Translations under genes and position numbers: made by a program
Notes under the pieces: model-generated
Seen by the model: only the letters and a program-made list of their open reading frames with translations
What the model was told of the DNA's origin: nothing
The model's database searches: none
Assembly (NCBI GenBank): GCA_963790095.1
Contig: CAWBNO010000013.1
Coordinates: 30,857-94,856 of the forward strand
DNA from: an uncultured delta proteobacterium
Lineage (GTDB): Bacteria > Desulfobacterota > Desulfobacteria > Desulfobacterales > UBA11574
Length of the DNA: 64,000 nucleotides
Direction: 5' to 3'
Shown: positions 9,149 through 18,380 of the stretch, piece after piece
Layout: every line of letters starts with the position of its first letter
Position numbering within the stretch: position 1 is the stretch's first letter

Positions 9149-10051
9149 ATGAAGGAAAAGATCAGAAGTTTGTTGAAAGAAAGAAAAGCGATTATGCTTT
9201 CACATAACTACCAACTCCCGGAGATTCAGGATGTTGCAGATCTTTGCGGCGATTCACTGGAGTTGAGTATCAAAGCCGCCCAAACCGATGCCGAAGTCAT
9301 CGTTTTTTGCGGCGTGCATTTTATGGCGGAAACCGCGTCGATTCTGTCTCCGGACAAAACCGTTCTTCTACCCCGTTTAGATGCCGGATGTCCCATGGCC
9401 GATATGATAGCACCGGCGGGGCTGCAAGCCATGCTGGACAAGCTTCCTCCTATGCCGGTGGTCACCTATGTCAATTCCACCGCAGCGGTGAAAGCCCTTT
9501 CCACCATTTGCTGCACCTCGGCCAATGTCGTCGATGTCGTGAACAGTCTGGATGCCCATGAGATACTCATGACGCCGGATCGAAATCTCGCCCTGTACGC
9601 CGCTTCCCAGACAAAAAAGAAGATACACACCTGGGACGGATATTGTCCGATCCATGACAGCCTCAAACCCGAAGATGTGAACCATGCCAGACGGACCTAT
9701 CCGGATGCCGTCTTCATGGCCCATCCGGAATGCCGGCCGGAAGTTCTCGAATTGGCAGATGTTATCCTCAGCACTTCAGGGATGATCCGGTATGCCAAAG
9801 AATCGAAAACCTCCGCCTTTATCGTTGGTACGGAGGTCGGGCTCCTTTATCCCTTGAAAAAAGCCAATCCTGACAAAAAGTTTTACCCGGCCGCCGCCAA
9901 GATGCTGTGTAAAAACATGAAAAAGATCTCCCTTGAAGATGTTGCCAGGAGCCTCGAATTAATGGAAGGAGAGGTCAAGGTGCCTGAAAATGTTCGGCAA
10001 CCGGCCTTTGCAACGGTTCAAAAAATGATCGATTTGTACCTGTCTAAATAG
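9149..10051 (+). CDS. nadA: quinolinate synthase
   Basis: 300 aa with IMLSHNYQ, FCGVHFMAET, DAGCPMADM and MAHPEC, typical NadA signatures. Confidence 0.95.
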   Translation: MKEKIRSLLKERKAIMLSHNYQLPEIQDVADLCGDSLELSIKAAQTDAEVIVFCGVHFMAETASILSPDKTVLLPRLDAGCPMADMIAPAGLQAMLDKLPPMPVVTYVNSTAAVKALSTICCTSANVVDVVNSLDAHEILMTPDRNLALYAASQTKKKIHTWDGYCPIHDSLKPEDVNHARRTYPDAVFMAHPECRPEVLELADVILSTSGMIRYAKESKTSAFIVGTEVGLLYPLKKANPDKKFYPAAAKMLCKNMKKISLEDVARSLELMEGEVKVPENVRQPAFATVQKMIDLYLSK

Positions 10052-10079
10052 ATATATGCGGCCCGAGCCCAGCAGTAGA

Positions 10080-10159
10080 ATTCGTTCATTTGCAAGACGT
10101 CAGGGATGATGTTGTAGCAAGCTGCCGCAACTCCCTGACACCCCAGCAAATGGACGAAT
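10080..10159. terminator. long inverted repeat between convergent nadA and the YebC-family gene (possible bidirectional terminator)
   Basis: ATTCGTTCATTTGC (10080-10093) pairs with GCAAATGGACGAAT (10146-10159). Inner pair GTCAGGGA/TCCCTGAC. No clear U-run on either strand. Confidence 0.35.
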
Positions 10160-10896
10160 CAGACCACCAGGTCTTCGGGAATGTCAGCGTTGGTGTAAAC
10201 CTTTTGGACGTCATCACAATCTTCGAGGGTCTCCATCAATTTGACCATCTGCTCGGCTTCGTTGCCCACAAGGTTCACGGTTGACTGGGGAAGCATGGTA
10301 ATTTCCGCGACGATGAAAGGAATGGATTGGTCTTCTATGGCGGTTCTAACCTGCTCGAAATCTTGTGGGGCGGTGATGACTTCGAAGGTGCTCTCATCTT
10401 CTCTGATATCTTCGGCGCCGGAATCGATGGCGGTTTCCATCAACAGTTCCTCGTCAACGGCATTGTGCTCCACAACAATATACCCCTTTGTTTCGAACAT
10501 CCATGCAACGCATCCGTTGGACCCGAGGTTTCCGCCGGCTTTGGTTAGAATATGACGGATATCCGCCACGGCCCGGTTCTTGTTGTCCGTCAGCGACTCG
10601 ATGTAAATGGCCGCACCGCCGGGGCCGTACCCTTCGTAAACGCTTTCTTCATAATCGACCCCTTCCAATTCACCGGTCCCTTTTTTAATGGCCCGCTCCA
10701 TGTTGTCTTTGGGCATGTTTTCGTTTTTTGCTGCCTGGATGGCGGTCCGCAGTCTGGGGTTTGCAGCGGGATCCCCACCGCCCATCCTTGCCGCCACTGT
10801 AATTTCTTTGATGAGCTTGCTGAAAATCTTACCCCGTTTGGCGTCTGTCGCCCCTTTTTTGTGTTTTATGGAAGACCACTTGCTGTGTCCTGACAT
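10159..10896 (-). CDS. YebC/PmpR-family DNA-binding transcriptional regulator
   Basis: Canonical N-terminus [32 protein letters not shown]; 245 aa. Confidence 0.95.
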   Translation of the reverse strand: MSGHSKWSSIKHKKGATDAKRGKIFSKLIKEITVAARMGGGDPAANPRLRTAIQAAKNENMPKDNMERAIKKGTGELEGVDYEESVYEGYGPGGAAIYIESLTDNKNRAVADIRHILTKAGGNLGSNGCVAWMFETKGYIVVEHNAVDEELLMETAIDSGAEDIREDESTFEVITAPQDFEQVRTAIEDQSIPFIVAEITMLPQSTVNLVGNEAEQMVKLMETLEDCDDVQKVYTNADIPEDLVV

Positions 10897-10963
10897 ATCT
10901 TCCTCCTATCCTTTCCGTAAAATTGAACGCTTTGAAACACGGTATTTTCAAAAAAATGCCGTG

Positions 10964-11566
10964 TTATTTTTTTCCGAATCCAATAATATAAATTTCCTTG
11001 CTGACCTTTCGGGTGCTTTGGGGTTTAAAAATCTTGTGCCTGTTAAAAACAGCTTTGACCGAATCTGAAAATTCCTTGAAATCTTCTCCCTGAAATATCT
11101 TGCAGACAAACGATCCACCGGTTTTCACGGTGGATTGAGCCACGGTGAGTGCCATTTGGCACAGGTTATAAGACCGGGTGCTGTCCACGAATCGGTTGCC
11201 GGTGGTGGAAGGGGCCATGTCGCTCATAACCACATCGACGTCTTGACCCAGGGAACTGAAAAACCCATCGTCCATGGAGAGAATGTCGTTGGTAAATATT
11301 TTTACATGGGGCGGGACCTGGATCTTAACCGGCACAAGATCGATACCGATCACGTGTCCCGTGTTTCCGGTCAAATCGGCCGCATAAAGCAGCCATGACC
11401 CCGGCGCACAGCCCAGGTCCAGAATTTTATTTCCCTTTTTTATGAGACTGTATTTTTTCTGTATTTCCTTGAGTTTATATACAGATCTGGCCGGGAACCG
11501 CTCCTTTTTTGCCCGTTGGGAATAGTGATCCTCCCACCGGTTATGTTTTCCTCCAGATCGTTTCAT
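10964..11566 (-). CDS. rlmE: 23S rRNA (uridine2552-2'-O)-methyltransferase RlmE/FtsJ
   Basis: RSVYKLKEIQKKY and the SAM motif LDLGCAPGSW; 200 aa. Confidence 0.9.
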   Translation of the reverse strand: MKRSGGKHNRWEDHYSQRAKKERFPARSVYKLKEIQKKYSLIKKGNKILDLGCAPGSWLLYAADLTGNTGHVIGIDLVPVKIQVPPHVKIFTNDILSMDDGFFSSLGQDVDVVMSDMAPSTTGNRFVDSTRSYNLCQMALTVAQSTVKTGGSFVCKIFQGEDFKEFSDSVKAVFNRHKIFKPQSTRKVSKEIYIIGFGKK

Positions 11567-11583
11567 ATCAAAACTTGGTGCAT

Positions 11584-11697
11584 GTTCGGTTTTAGTAAAT
11601 AAAAAGTTAAAAGTAAAAAGTTAAACGTCTTTATGTTGCGTAATATTGCCTCGTATTGTGTTAAATGTAATCGTTTTACATTTTACTTTTTACAATT
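11584..11697. repeat. Family-B palindromic intergenic repeat, copy 2
   Basis: Aligns to the reverse complement of 7992-8104 (AAAAGTAAAAAGTTAAACGT ... AATATTGC ... TAAATGTA.CGTTTTACATTT). Confidence 0.8.
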
Positions 11698-11711
11698 TTA
11701 TTAAATTCGGT

Positions 11712-13082
11712 TTAGAACAGATTTTCCATGGCTTCCGATACGGTTTTTACGCCGATGAGTTCTATCCCTTTTATATTCGTCATTCGTTTCAGATTGCTTT
11801 GGGGCACAAGGCACCTATTAAACCCCATTTTCTTTGCTTCGGCAACCCTAATTTCAACATGGCCGATGCCTCTGATTTCGCCGGTGAGACCGACTTCACC
11901 GAATATGACGGTCCCTATATGGATGGGCCGATCCAAAAAGCTCGAAGCAATGGCAGATACAATCCCCATGTCAACGGCAGGTTCGTCGATTTTGACGCCG
12001 CCGGCCACATTGATAAAGATATCGTGTCCCATCAGATGGAGCCCCAGTTTTTTTTCCATCACCGCCACCAGCAACGCCACCCGGTTTTGATCGATGCCCA
12101 GGATGGTTCTCCGGGGGTTGCCGAAGCTGGTACTGCTTGCAAGAGCCTGCAGTTCAACGAGAATCGGCCGTGTTCCCTCCATGCTGGCCGTTACCACCGA
12201 CCCGGGGGCGTTCTCAGGGCGTTCGGACAGAAACACCGCCGAAGGGTTGGCCACTTCATTCAGGCCCGACGCATTCATTTCAAACACGCCGATTTCATTG
12301 GTCGACCCGAATCGATTCTTTACTGTCCTCAGAATCCTGAATACGTGGTTCCGGTCACCTTCAAAGTAAAGAACCGTATCCACCATATGTTCCAGAAGCC
12401 GGGGTCCGGCAATGGCACCGTCCTTGGTGACATGCCCCACCAGAAATATGGGCGTCCCGGTCTTTTTGGCCATGAGCATCAGCTGCATAGCGGATTCCCG
12501 CACCTGGGTAACGCTTCCGGGAGCGGAAGTCAGTTCCGGGCTGTACATGGTCTGGATGGAATCGATGACCATCACGTCCGGCTGAACCGATTCCGCCATC
12601 CGGAGGATCGATTCCATGTCGTTTTCCGAGACCACCATCAATTCAGAGGAAACTGCGGAAAGTCTTTGGCTGCGCATTCTCATCTGGCGGACCGATTCTT
12701 CACCGGAAACATACAATACTTTGCGACCGTTTTCCGCAATACCGTACAGGGCCTGAAGCATGAGGGTCGATTTGCCGATTCCCGGATCTCCGCCGATGAG
12801 GATAAGGGTTCCGGGGACCAGACCGCCGCCCAGGACCCGGTCGAATTCTCTGATTCCGGTTAAAAAACGATCTTCCGGGTCCAGTTCAACGGCGTCGATG
12901 GGGACCGGTTTTGGCGGTGACGCCGATAAAATCCCTGGGCCCCGCCGGCCGGATTTGCCGGACTGGATTTCTTCCACAAATGACTGCCATTCCCCGCAAT
13001 CCGGGCATTTGCCCATCCATTTGGGGGTTTGATATCCGCATGCCTGACATGAAAATACTGTTTTTGACTTTTTTTTCACCAT
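11712..13082 (-). CDS. radA: DNA repair protein RadA/Sms
   Basis: Zn-finger CQACGY..CPDCGEW, Walker A GGDPGIGKST, the KNRFG motif and a Lon-like C-terminus; 456 aa. Confidence 0.97.
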   Translation of the reverse strand: MVKKKSKTVFSCQACGYQTPKWMGKCPDCGEWQSFVEEIQSGKSGRRGPGILSASPPKPVPIDAVELDPEDRFLTGIREFDRVLGGGLVPGTLILIGGDPGIGKSTLMLQALYGIAENGRKVLYVSGEESVRQMRMRSQRLSAVSSELMVVSENDMESILRMAESVQPDVMVIDSIQTMYSPELTSAPGSVTQVRESAMQLMLMAKKTGTPIFLVGHVTKDGAIAGPRLLEHMVDTVLYFEGDRNHVFRILRTVKNRFGSTNEIGVFEMNASGLNEVANPSAVFLSERPENAPGSVVTASMEGTRPILVELQALASSTSFGNPRRTILGIDQNRVALLVAVMEKKLGLHLMGHDIFINVAGGVKIDEPAVDMGIVSAIASSFLDRPIHIGTVIFGEVGLTGEIRGIGHVEIRVAEAKKMGFNRCLVPQSNLKRMTNIKGIELIGVKTVSEAMENLF

Positions 13083-13120
13083 GTTAACCTGAATTAATGA
13101 ATGAAATTTTTATTTTCACT

Positions 13121-13159
13121 CGAACCCTGGAATCCTGGAATCCTGGAATCCTTGAACCC
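13121..13159. repeat. tandem octamer microsatellite (TGGAATCC x3 flanked by degenerate GAACCC units)
   Basis: The sequence reads CGAACCC TGGAATCC TGGAATCC TGGAATCC TTGAACCC. Related TTGAAYCC arrays lie at 42355-42388 and 4581-4620. Confidence 0.85.
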
Positions 13160-13386
13160 TATGGGAACACATCTGCTCAATAGACGATGATACACTAAAT
13201 TTATCCGAATTAACGACAACGAGTCGGAATGTCCCTTATTTTTTTGTTTGTTGGTTCAACACCGGGTGCACCCTTGCCGCGTTTTATAAAATCTTCTAAA
13301 CGGTTTCTAATCATTGACAATGGAATTCATACCATGTCATTTAAATCGGATCAAGCCGTGTCCTGTTTAACCGGTCCCATAACCCT

Positions 13387-14232
13387 ATGATCGATTACCA
13401 CTTACATACCCTGTTTTGCAACCATGCTTCGGGCAGTATGGAGCAATATATCCGAAGTGCCGCCGAGTTGGGGCTCGAGGAGATCTGTTTTCTGGATCAC
13501 CTGACCGTCCAAGCGGCGGAAAAAGGGCTTTCCATGTCGGTGAAAGAAATTCCTTACTATTTTCAGGCCGTCCGGGTGTTAAAACAAAAATATAGACACA
13601 CACTCCGCATAAAGGTCGGTCTTGAAATCGATTTTAATCCGGACCATACCGGCCTTTTCCAGGAAGTTGCCGGGACCTATGCCTTTGATGTTATTGCAAC
13701 CGGGCTGCATTTTCCGGGGGGAATGGACGTGGTGAGCCGCCGTTCGGCGTGGGGTTTCGGAGGAAAAGATACCGATGACGTCTACGGCCTCTATTTCGAA
13801 GCCCTTGAAAAGATGCTGGATCATACCTATTTCGATGTGATATGTCATATCGATCTCGTGAAAAAATTCGGTCGAAAACCTTCGAGGTCCTTTGATGGGA
13901 CGGTGGATGAAATACTGTCAAAAATAAAAGAAAAAAATCTGACCGTGGAGGTCAATACCAGCGGATTCAATCATCCCATCCAAACACCGTATCCCTCTGT
14001 GGATGTGATCAGAAAATGTCATGAAAAAGGGATCAGCATTACCCTGGGTTCAGATGCCCACAAACCCGTGGATGTCGGACAACACTACGAAAGGGCATTG
14101 CCCATGATCCTGTCCGCCGGGTATCGGCACCTGGCGACGTTTACAAAACGGAAGCGTAGTGAGATCCCCATAAAGAAAGGACAACACCTTCATTACTTGA
14201 ACCAAGTGACGGATTCAAATGCGTCTGAATAA
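13387..14232 (+). CDS. HisJ-family histidinol-phosphatase (PHP domain)
   Basis: MIDYHLHT... N-terminus and PHP-domain His/Asp pattern (FLDH, GLHF, HIDL, GSDAH); 281 aa. Confidence 0.85.
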   Translation: MIDYHLHTLFCNHASGSMEQYIRSAAELGLEEICFLDHLTVQAAEKGLSMSVKEIPYYFQAVRVLKQKYRHTLRIKVGLEIDFNPDHTGLFQEVAGTYAFDVIATGLHFPGGMDVVSRRSAWGFGGKDTDDVYGLYFEALEKMLDHTYFDVICHIDLVKKFGRKPSRSFDGTVDEILSKIKEKNLTVEVNTSGFNHPIQTPYPSVDVIRKCHEKGISITLGSDAHKPVDVGQHYERALPMILSAGYRHLATFTKRKRSEIPIKKGQHLHYLNQVTDSNASE

Positions 14233-15112
14233 AATGACATGGAACAAATACATCGCCTTTTTCTTCAGTCTATTGATGCTATCGGGGATTGTTTTTCCGG
14301 AAAACGCCATGGGCGTGGGAAAAAACCACAGCTATTTCGAATCCCTCCAAAAAAGACTGATAAAGGATGGATTCGATTCCGCTAGGATCACCCAATTATA
14401 CAGCAAGCCCGGGGTCTATTTCGAGGGCAAAGGGGTTTCCGGTTTTTTGGTCCATCGGGAGTCGCGACTTAATTACGATCAGTTTACACGTAAAAAAGCG
14501 ATCAAGGGTGCATTGAAATATATGGAAACCCACCAAGGGGCGCTGGAAAGGGCCGAAAAGGAATACGGCGTCGACAAAGAAATTATTACAGCCATCTTTC
14601 TGGTGGAAACCCGTTTGGGGACCTTTCTCGGGGGGCCGTCCATATTGAATACCCTCTCCACCATAGCTGCCCTGGCAGACCCGGATGTGCGGGATATGTT
14701 TTGGAAGAACGTCTCGAAATCAAAAGAAGTTACCCGGAAGCAGCTGGAAAAATGGGTGGCAAGAAAATCGACCTGGGCCTACAACGAACTCAAGGCCTTT
14801 TTGACCTATACCGACCGGGTGAACATGGATCCCACTGCCGTTTCCGGATCCTATTCGGGTGCCATGGGCATTCCCCAGTTTATGCCGAGCAACGTTATCA
14901 TTTTTGCCAGAGACGGTGACGGTGACGGCCGCATCGATGTTTTTAACCATGCAGATGCCATCACCAGCACTGCCAGTTATCTCAAACATTACGGATGGCA
15001 TCCCGGAATAGACCGGAAAAAGGCTTACAAGGTCATTTATCATTACAACCACAGCAGTCAGTATGTTAACACCATTTTAAAAGTTTCGGACCTGTTGAAG
15101 CCCAAAACGTAA
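14219..15112 (+). CDS. lytic murein transglycosylase (MltB/SLT_2 family)
   Basis: Signal/TM segment, GAMGIPQFMPS and DGDGDGRIDV motifs. Alternative start at ATG 14234. Confidence 0.85.
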   Translation: MRLNKMTWNKYIAFFFSLLMLSGIVFPENAMGVGKNHSYFESLQKRLIKDGFDSARITQLYSKPGVYFEGKGVSGFLVHRESRLNYDQFTRKKAIKGALKYMETHQGALERAEKEYGVDKEIITAIFLVETRLGTFLGGPSILNTLSTIAALADPDVRDMFWKNVSKSKEVTRKQLEKWVARKSTWAYNELKAFLTYTDRVNMDPTAVSGSYSGAMGIPQFMPSNVIIFARDGDGDGRIDVFNHADAITSTASYLKHYGWHPGIDRKKAYKVIYHYNHSSQYVNTILKVSDLLKPKT

Positions 15113-15132
15113 ATTGGAGCGATGGGATAAAC

Positions 15133-15363
15133 ATGGAAATCTCAACAGTAATGCTATGGATTAAAATAAGTGTCGTTTTTTATCTGCTCACAATAATGGC
15201 AATCATCGACGTTGTGCGAAAGGATTTCGGTACCATCGGGAAGAAAGCGCTTTGGGGAATCATCGCCATGATTCCCTTTGTCGGATGGCTGATCTATCTG
15301 ATATTCGGATTCAGAAAGGGGAAGAAGCCGGGAAGCGATACGGAATCGGCAAATAATGTTTGA
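15133..15363 (+). CDS. PLD-nuclease-N-terminal-domain (PLDc_N) small membrane protein
   Basis: 76 aa with two TM segments; KALWGIIAMIPFVGWLIYLIFG is typical of PLDc_N. Confidence 0.7.
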   Translation: MEISTVMLWIKISVVFYLLTIMAIIDVVRKDFGTIGKKALWGIIAMIPFVGWLIYLIFGFRKGKKPGSDTESANNV

Positions 15364-15400
15364 CAAATTAAACTTCATCCTTTAAATTTCTATTCTTTTC

Positions 15401-15475
15401 GGTCCCATCGTCTAGCGGTTAGGACGCCGGCCTCTCACGCCGGTAACGGGGGTTCGATTCCCCCTGGGATCACCA
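15401..15475 (+). tRNA. tRNA-Glu (anticodon CUC)
   Basis: Cloverleaf: acceptor GGTCCCA/TGGGATC. Anticodon stem CCGGC/GCCGG with loop CTCTCAC. T-arm GGGGG-TTCGATT-CCCCC. Encoded CCA. Confidence 0.93.
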
Positions 15476-15487
15476 CAAATAAAAACA

Positions 15488-15520
15488 GGGAGTTATAATA
15501 TATTATAGCTCCCTTTTTAT
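15488..15520 (+). terminator. rho-independent terminator after tRNA-Glu
   Basis: GGGAGTTATAATA / TATTATAGCTCCC stem followed by TTTTTATTT. Confidence 0.8.
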
Positions 15521-15590
15521 TTCCCAAGTTTTCAAGACCCACCGCTATCCCCAACAAACCCGAAGTAAATTCAGAAAAACCCTGTGGGTG

Positions 15591-15659
15591 ATTCCTGGGG
15601 GCAAACCCTATAGGGATAGGATTTGCTCCCATCAAAATGAGCCTTTTGCCTATGGACAA
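15591..15659. repeat. Family-E repeat, copy 1
   Basis: TTCCTG..CCATAGGGAT..CTCCCAT(C/T)AAAATGA(G/A)CCTT.TGC..TATGGACAA is shared with 25870-25925. Confidence 0.65.
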
Positions 15660-15861
15660 ATTTTATAAAATGATTAAATATTGGTTAAACTAAATGTCAC
15701 TCAGCTTCAACACCATGAATTTAACCATGTGATGACTCAATCTCACGAAGGTTACACTATAAAAAGAGAGGCTTGATGTGACATTTATAGGGCTTCTCGG
15801 ATGCCCGTGCATCTCAATGCAAGACTGCATTGTACAACGGCATTTAGGGAGGCCAAAAGGT

Positions 15862-15930
15862 ATGATGCTTGGTAGTCTCTGGTTTGATTATTTAAAAAGA
15901 GTCTATCGGGCTAATACGGGCAAGGCATAA
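15862..15930 (+). CDS. candidate 22-aa micro-ORF (MMLGSLWFDYLKRVYRANTGKA)
   Basis: GGGAGG lies 9 nt upstream of the ATG. The stop is embedded in the hairpin GGGCAAGGC..GCCTTGCCC plus a T-run. There is no homology evidence. Confidence 0.25.
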   Translation: MMLGSLWFDYLKRVYRANTGKA

Positions 15931-16076
15931 ACGGCCTTGCCCTTTTTATTTTTTATTATATCCCGACAGGATGTTTAACGGTAAAGGCCATATCTTCATT
16001 CTTTCCTGTGCTCTCTGTTTCTAAAAAAAAATCTACCATCTCTGTTGTTCACAAAATTTGGAATTGTACAATAACA

Positions 16077-16376
16077 TTATGACCTTTTTTTTGTTAAAAG
16101 CCGTCTTATGAGTTTCCCCAAAAGTGCGATTAAAATTATAAAAGCACCTAACAGGGAAATAGGAACAACAAGAAAAGCACCAATCTTTAAAATGATAAGC
16201 AGTACAGGTATGACTATAAATAGTATTAATCCAATAACGATCAGGGCACTAAAGCCTGTAATAAAATCAGCAATAAAATCTAAATATCGGTTCTTTTTCT
16301 TATGATCTTGTTTATAAGTTTCGAACAGTTTTAAATCCTTGACCTCATGGTTTTCTGGTTTTATTTTGTCATTCAT
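16077..16376 (-). CDS. hypothetical membrane protein (99 aa, two TM segments)
   Basis: ORF with strongly hydrophobic segments, located in the AT-rich stretch. Confidence 0.45.
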   Translation of the reverse strand: MNDKIKPENHEVKDLKLFETYKQDHKKKNRYLDFIADFITGFSALIVIGLILFIVIPVLLIILKIGAFLVVPISLLGAFIILIALLGKLIRRLLTKKRS

Positions 16377-16394
16377 ATTTATTAGCCTTTTGAC

Positions 16395-16680
16395 CTAATT
16401 TCCATTAACCCTGTCCCTCAATTTCCCAGAACACTTAAACGTCACAACCTTCCTCGGTTCAAGCATCAGGTCATCCCCGGTGGCCGGATTTCTGCCTTTA
16501 CGTTCTTCCTTTTCCTTTACACAGAACTCTCCCGAAATTGGAGATCATAACATCCTCACCGGATGCCAGTGTCTTTTTGATGATCTCAACAAAGGTTTCC
16601 AGGATTTCTGTGGACTTATTCTTGGGCAACCCGGTTTCATTATGGATCGATTCTACGATCTGAGTTTTTGTAAGTGCCAT
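16395..16680 (-). pseudogene. HU/IHF-family DNA-binding protein, frameshifted paralogue of 24987-25268
   Basis: MALTKTQIVESI...ISNFG is in one frame. (E)FCVKEKEERKGRNPATGDDLMLEPRKVVTFKCSGKLRDRVNGN* is in the next. The shift lies at GGGAGAG (about 16527-16533). Confidence 0.8.
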
Positions 16681-16723
16681 GGTTTTAGCTCCTTATTTGA
16701 TAAGAGTTTGGAATTATGTGTTA

Positions 16724-16752
16724 TTTATCTCAATAACTGGCATGAATGTCAA
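16724..16752 (-). promoter_or_regulatory. sigma70-type promoter of the HU/IHF pseudogene
   Basis: TTGACA (16752-16747), 17-nt spacer, GATAAA (16729-16724). AAGGAG SD at 16694-16689 lies 8 nt before the ATG. Confidence 0.4.
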
Positions 16753-17505
16753 ATGCAAAGCTTAAACTACCACTATGTAGCAATTTTAGTAAACACTTGA
16801 CAAGTTGGCAAAATTATGAGAAAGAACAGACCGAAAATAGATTCTATTATCAACAGTTTGCCTTATAATCCCTTTCGGGTTTCTCTTCTGATATCTCGCC
16901 TGCTTTTACCTGCTGTTAATTCAATTTTGGCTTGCCTTGGTACTATGACAACTATATCTTTTTCATCCTGACACAAAGGGAGAATATATGTGATTATTTT
17001 GAACCCCATTCCTCAAATAGAGAGGTGGGGTTTTGTATTCAAGTTAATGTAATGAGTGGGAATTATTTCCAGCTTGTGTTTATCAAGATATGTGAACCTG
17101 AGTTTTGTCCAAAGACATTTTGCATCTGGGTTTCTTTCCAATATAATCTGAAATATCTCTCTCAAACTATAGTTCAATTCCCACACTGTTTTTAAATCAA
17201 GTCCGAATCTGTCCTTCTTTCCCCTGTTTTTTACACATTTTATGGATTAGTGTGCTCGCAAAAAGATACATTTTTCGTGATACAGAAATGTCCCGACAAA
17301 CTTTTTGTGAGACATGTGCTTTAGGCTGGTTCCTTGAAATAACAATTGGTTGTACAATTGAAACACATTGGCATGACTGTTGCTTTATTAGGGTAATGTT
17401 TTTGCAATCCCGACTATTTGGCCATCTGGTCTGTGATTGGGCAGAATCAGAAAAACAAGGGAGGTTTTTTTTACTAACCGCTATTTAACGTTAGGAGATA
17501 CACCA

Positions 17506-18207
17506 ATGAGAAAATCAAATATGAGATTATTAAGTGTTCTATTGGCAGTCATTATCGGTACCATGGTCTTCGGATTTACCATTCCGGCAACAGCGGGAGA
17601 GCCCATTGAGCAGCAGGGTCTTGTGGATCAGGCGCGTGTAACGTTTGAAAGCTTCATGGCAGATAAAGACCAGGTCTGGTTAAAGGAAAACCTGAACCAG
17701 GCCAAAGGACTGATCATCATTCCGAGTTTACTTAAGGCGGGATTTGTTATTGGGGGTTCCGGAGGCAGTGGTGTGCTCATCGTCAAAAACGATAAAACTG
17801 GACAATGGAGCCAACCGGCGTTTTACACCCTCGGTTCTGGAACCTTTGGACTTCAGATCGGTGCCGAGGCAGCGGAAGTTATTATGATGGTGAGAACCCA
17901 GAAGGCTGTGGATGCACTGTTTACCTCTTCTTTCAAACTCGGGGGTGATACTTCCATCGCCGTTGGGCCGGTGGGTGCAGGTGCCAAATCGAATATTGTG
18001 GCAGACATTATCTCCTTTTCACGAACAAAAGGCGCTTATGCAGGTGTTTCATTGGAGGGTTCTGTCATTTCGACGAAAGACAAGTGGAATGCGGCGTATT
18101 ACGGAAAAGCAGTGAGTCCCGTCGATATTATCGTGAAGCGATCTGTCAGCAACCCCGGATCAGATGCTTTACGTACAGGCGTGGCCAAAGCTGCATCTGG
18201 GAAATAA
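17506..18207 (+). CDS. SYLF/Ysc84 (DUF500) lipid-binding domain protein, secreted
   Basis: AGGAGA SD lies 8 nt before ATG 17506. Signal peptide present. GGSGGSGVLIV...GLQIGAEA...GGDTSIAVGPVG pattern. Confidence 0.8.
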   Translation: MRKSNMRLLSVLLAVIIGTMVFGFTIPATAGEPIEQQGLVDQARVTFESFMADKDQVWLKENLNQAKGLIIIPSLLKAGFVIGGSGGSGVLIVKNDKTGQWSQPAFYTLGSGTFGLQIGAEAAEVIMMVRTQKAVDALFTSSFKLGGDTSIAVGPVGAGAKSNIVADIISFSRTKGAYAGVSLEGSVISTKDKWNAAYYGKAVSPVDIIVKRSVSNPGSDALRTGVAKAASGK

Positions 18208-18232
18208 AGTGCAATTGTTCCTAAGGCATTAA

Positions 18233-18261
18233 TTATTCGCCTTCGCCTGAATACCCTGCAG
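18233..18261. repeat. left arm of a perfect 29-bp inverted repeat flanking the dinB segment
   Basis: TTATTCGCCTTCGCCTGAATACCCTGCAG. Its exact reverse complement is at 20196-20224. Confidence 0.95.
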
Positions 18262-18305
18262 CTTGTTGGCGTGAAACGGAAATCCCGCCAGCGGGGCTGC
18301 AGGGA
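18254..18305 (+). repeat. hairpin repeat H1 (~50 nt)
   Basis: CCCTGCAGC pairs with GCTGCAGGG. The inner stem TTGTTGGCG/CGCCAGCGG is continuous only with G-U pairs on the + strand. Second copy at 18381-18433. Confidence 0.85.
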
Positions 18306-18380
18306 TGACAGGCATGGTGAACCGCGACGAAGCTTGCCAGAGCGGAGGCGGGTTAGGCTTCGGAGCAATTCCGCTTTGAT

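Noticed and set aside
11646-12863. Long antisense ORFs opposite clearly homologous genes: 11646-12863 vs radA, 6730-7896 vs the response regulator, 22696-23817 vs AOR, 34337-35827 vs glgA, 4518-5054 and others
   Set aside because: The opposite strands encode proteins with unmistakable family motifs. The antisense translations are low-complexity (Gly/Arg/His/Pro-rich) with no motifs or SD sequences.
18340-18362. GTTAGGC, the canonical integron attC core site, between the two hairpins
   Set aside because: No matching inverse core site (GCCTAAC) at a suitable distance, no integrase, and no cassette-like organisation. A 7-mer match is expected by chance.
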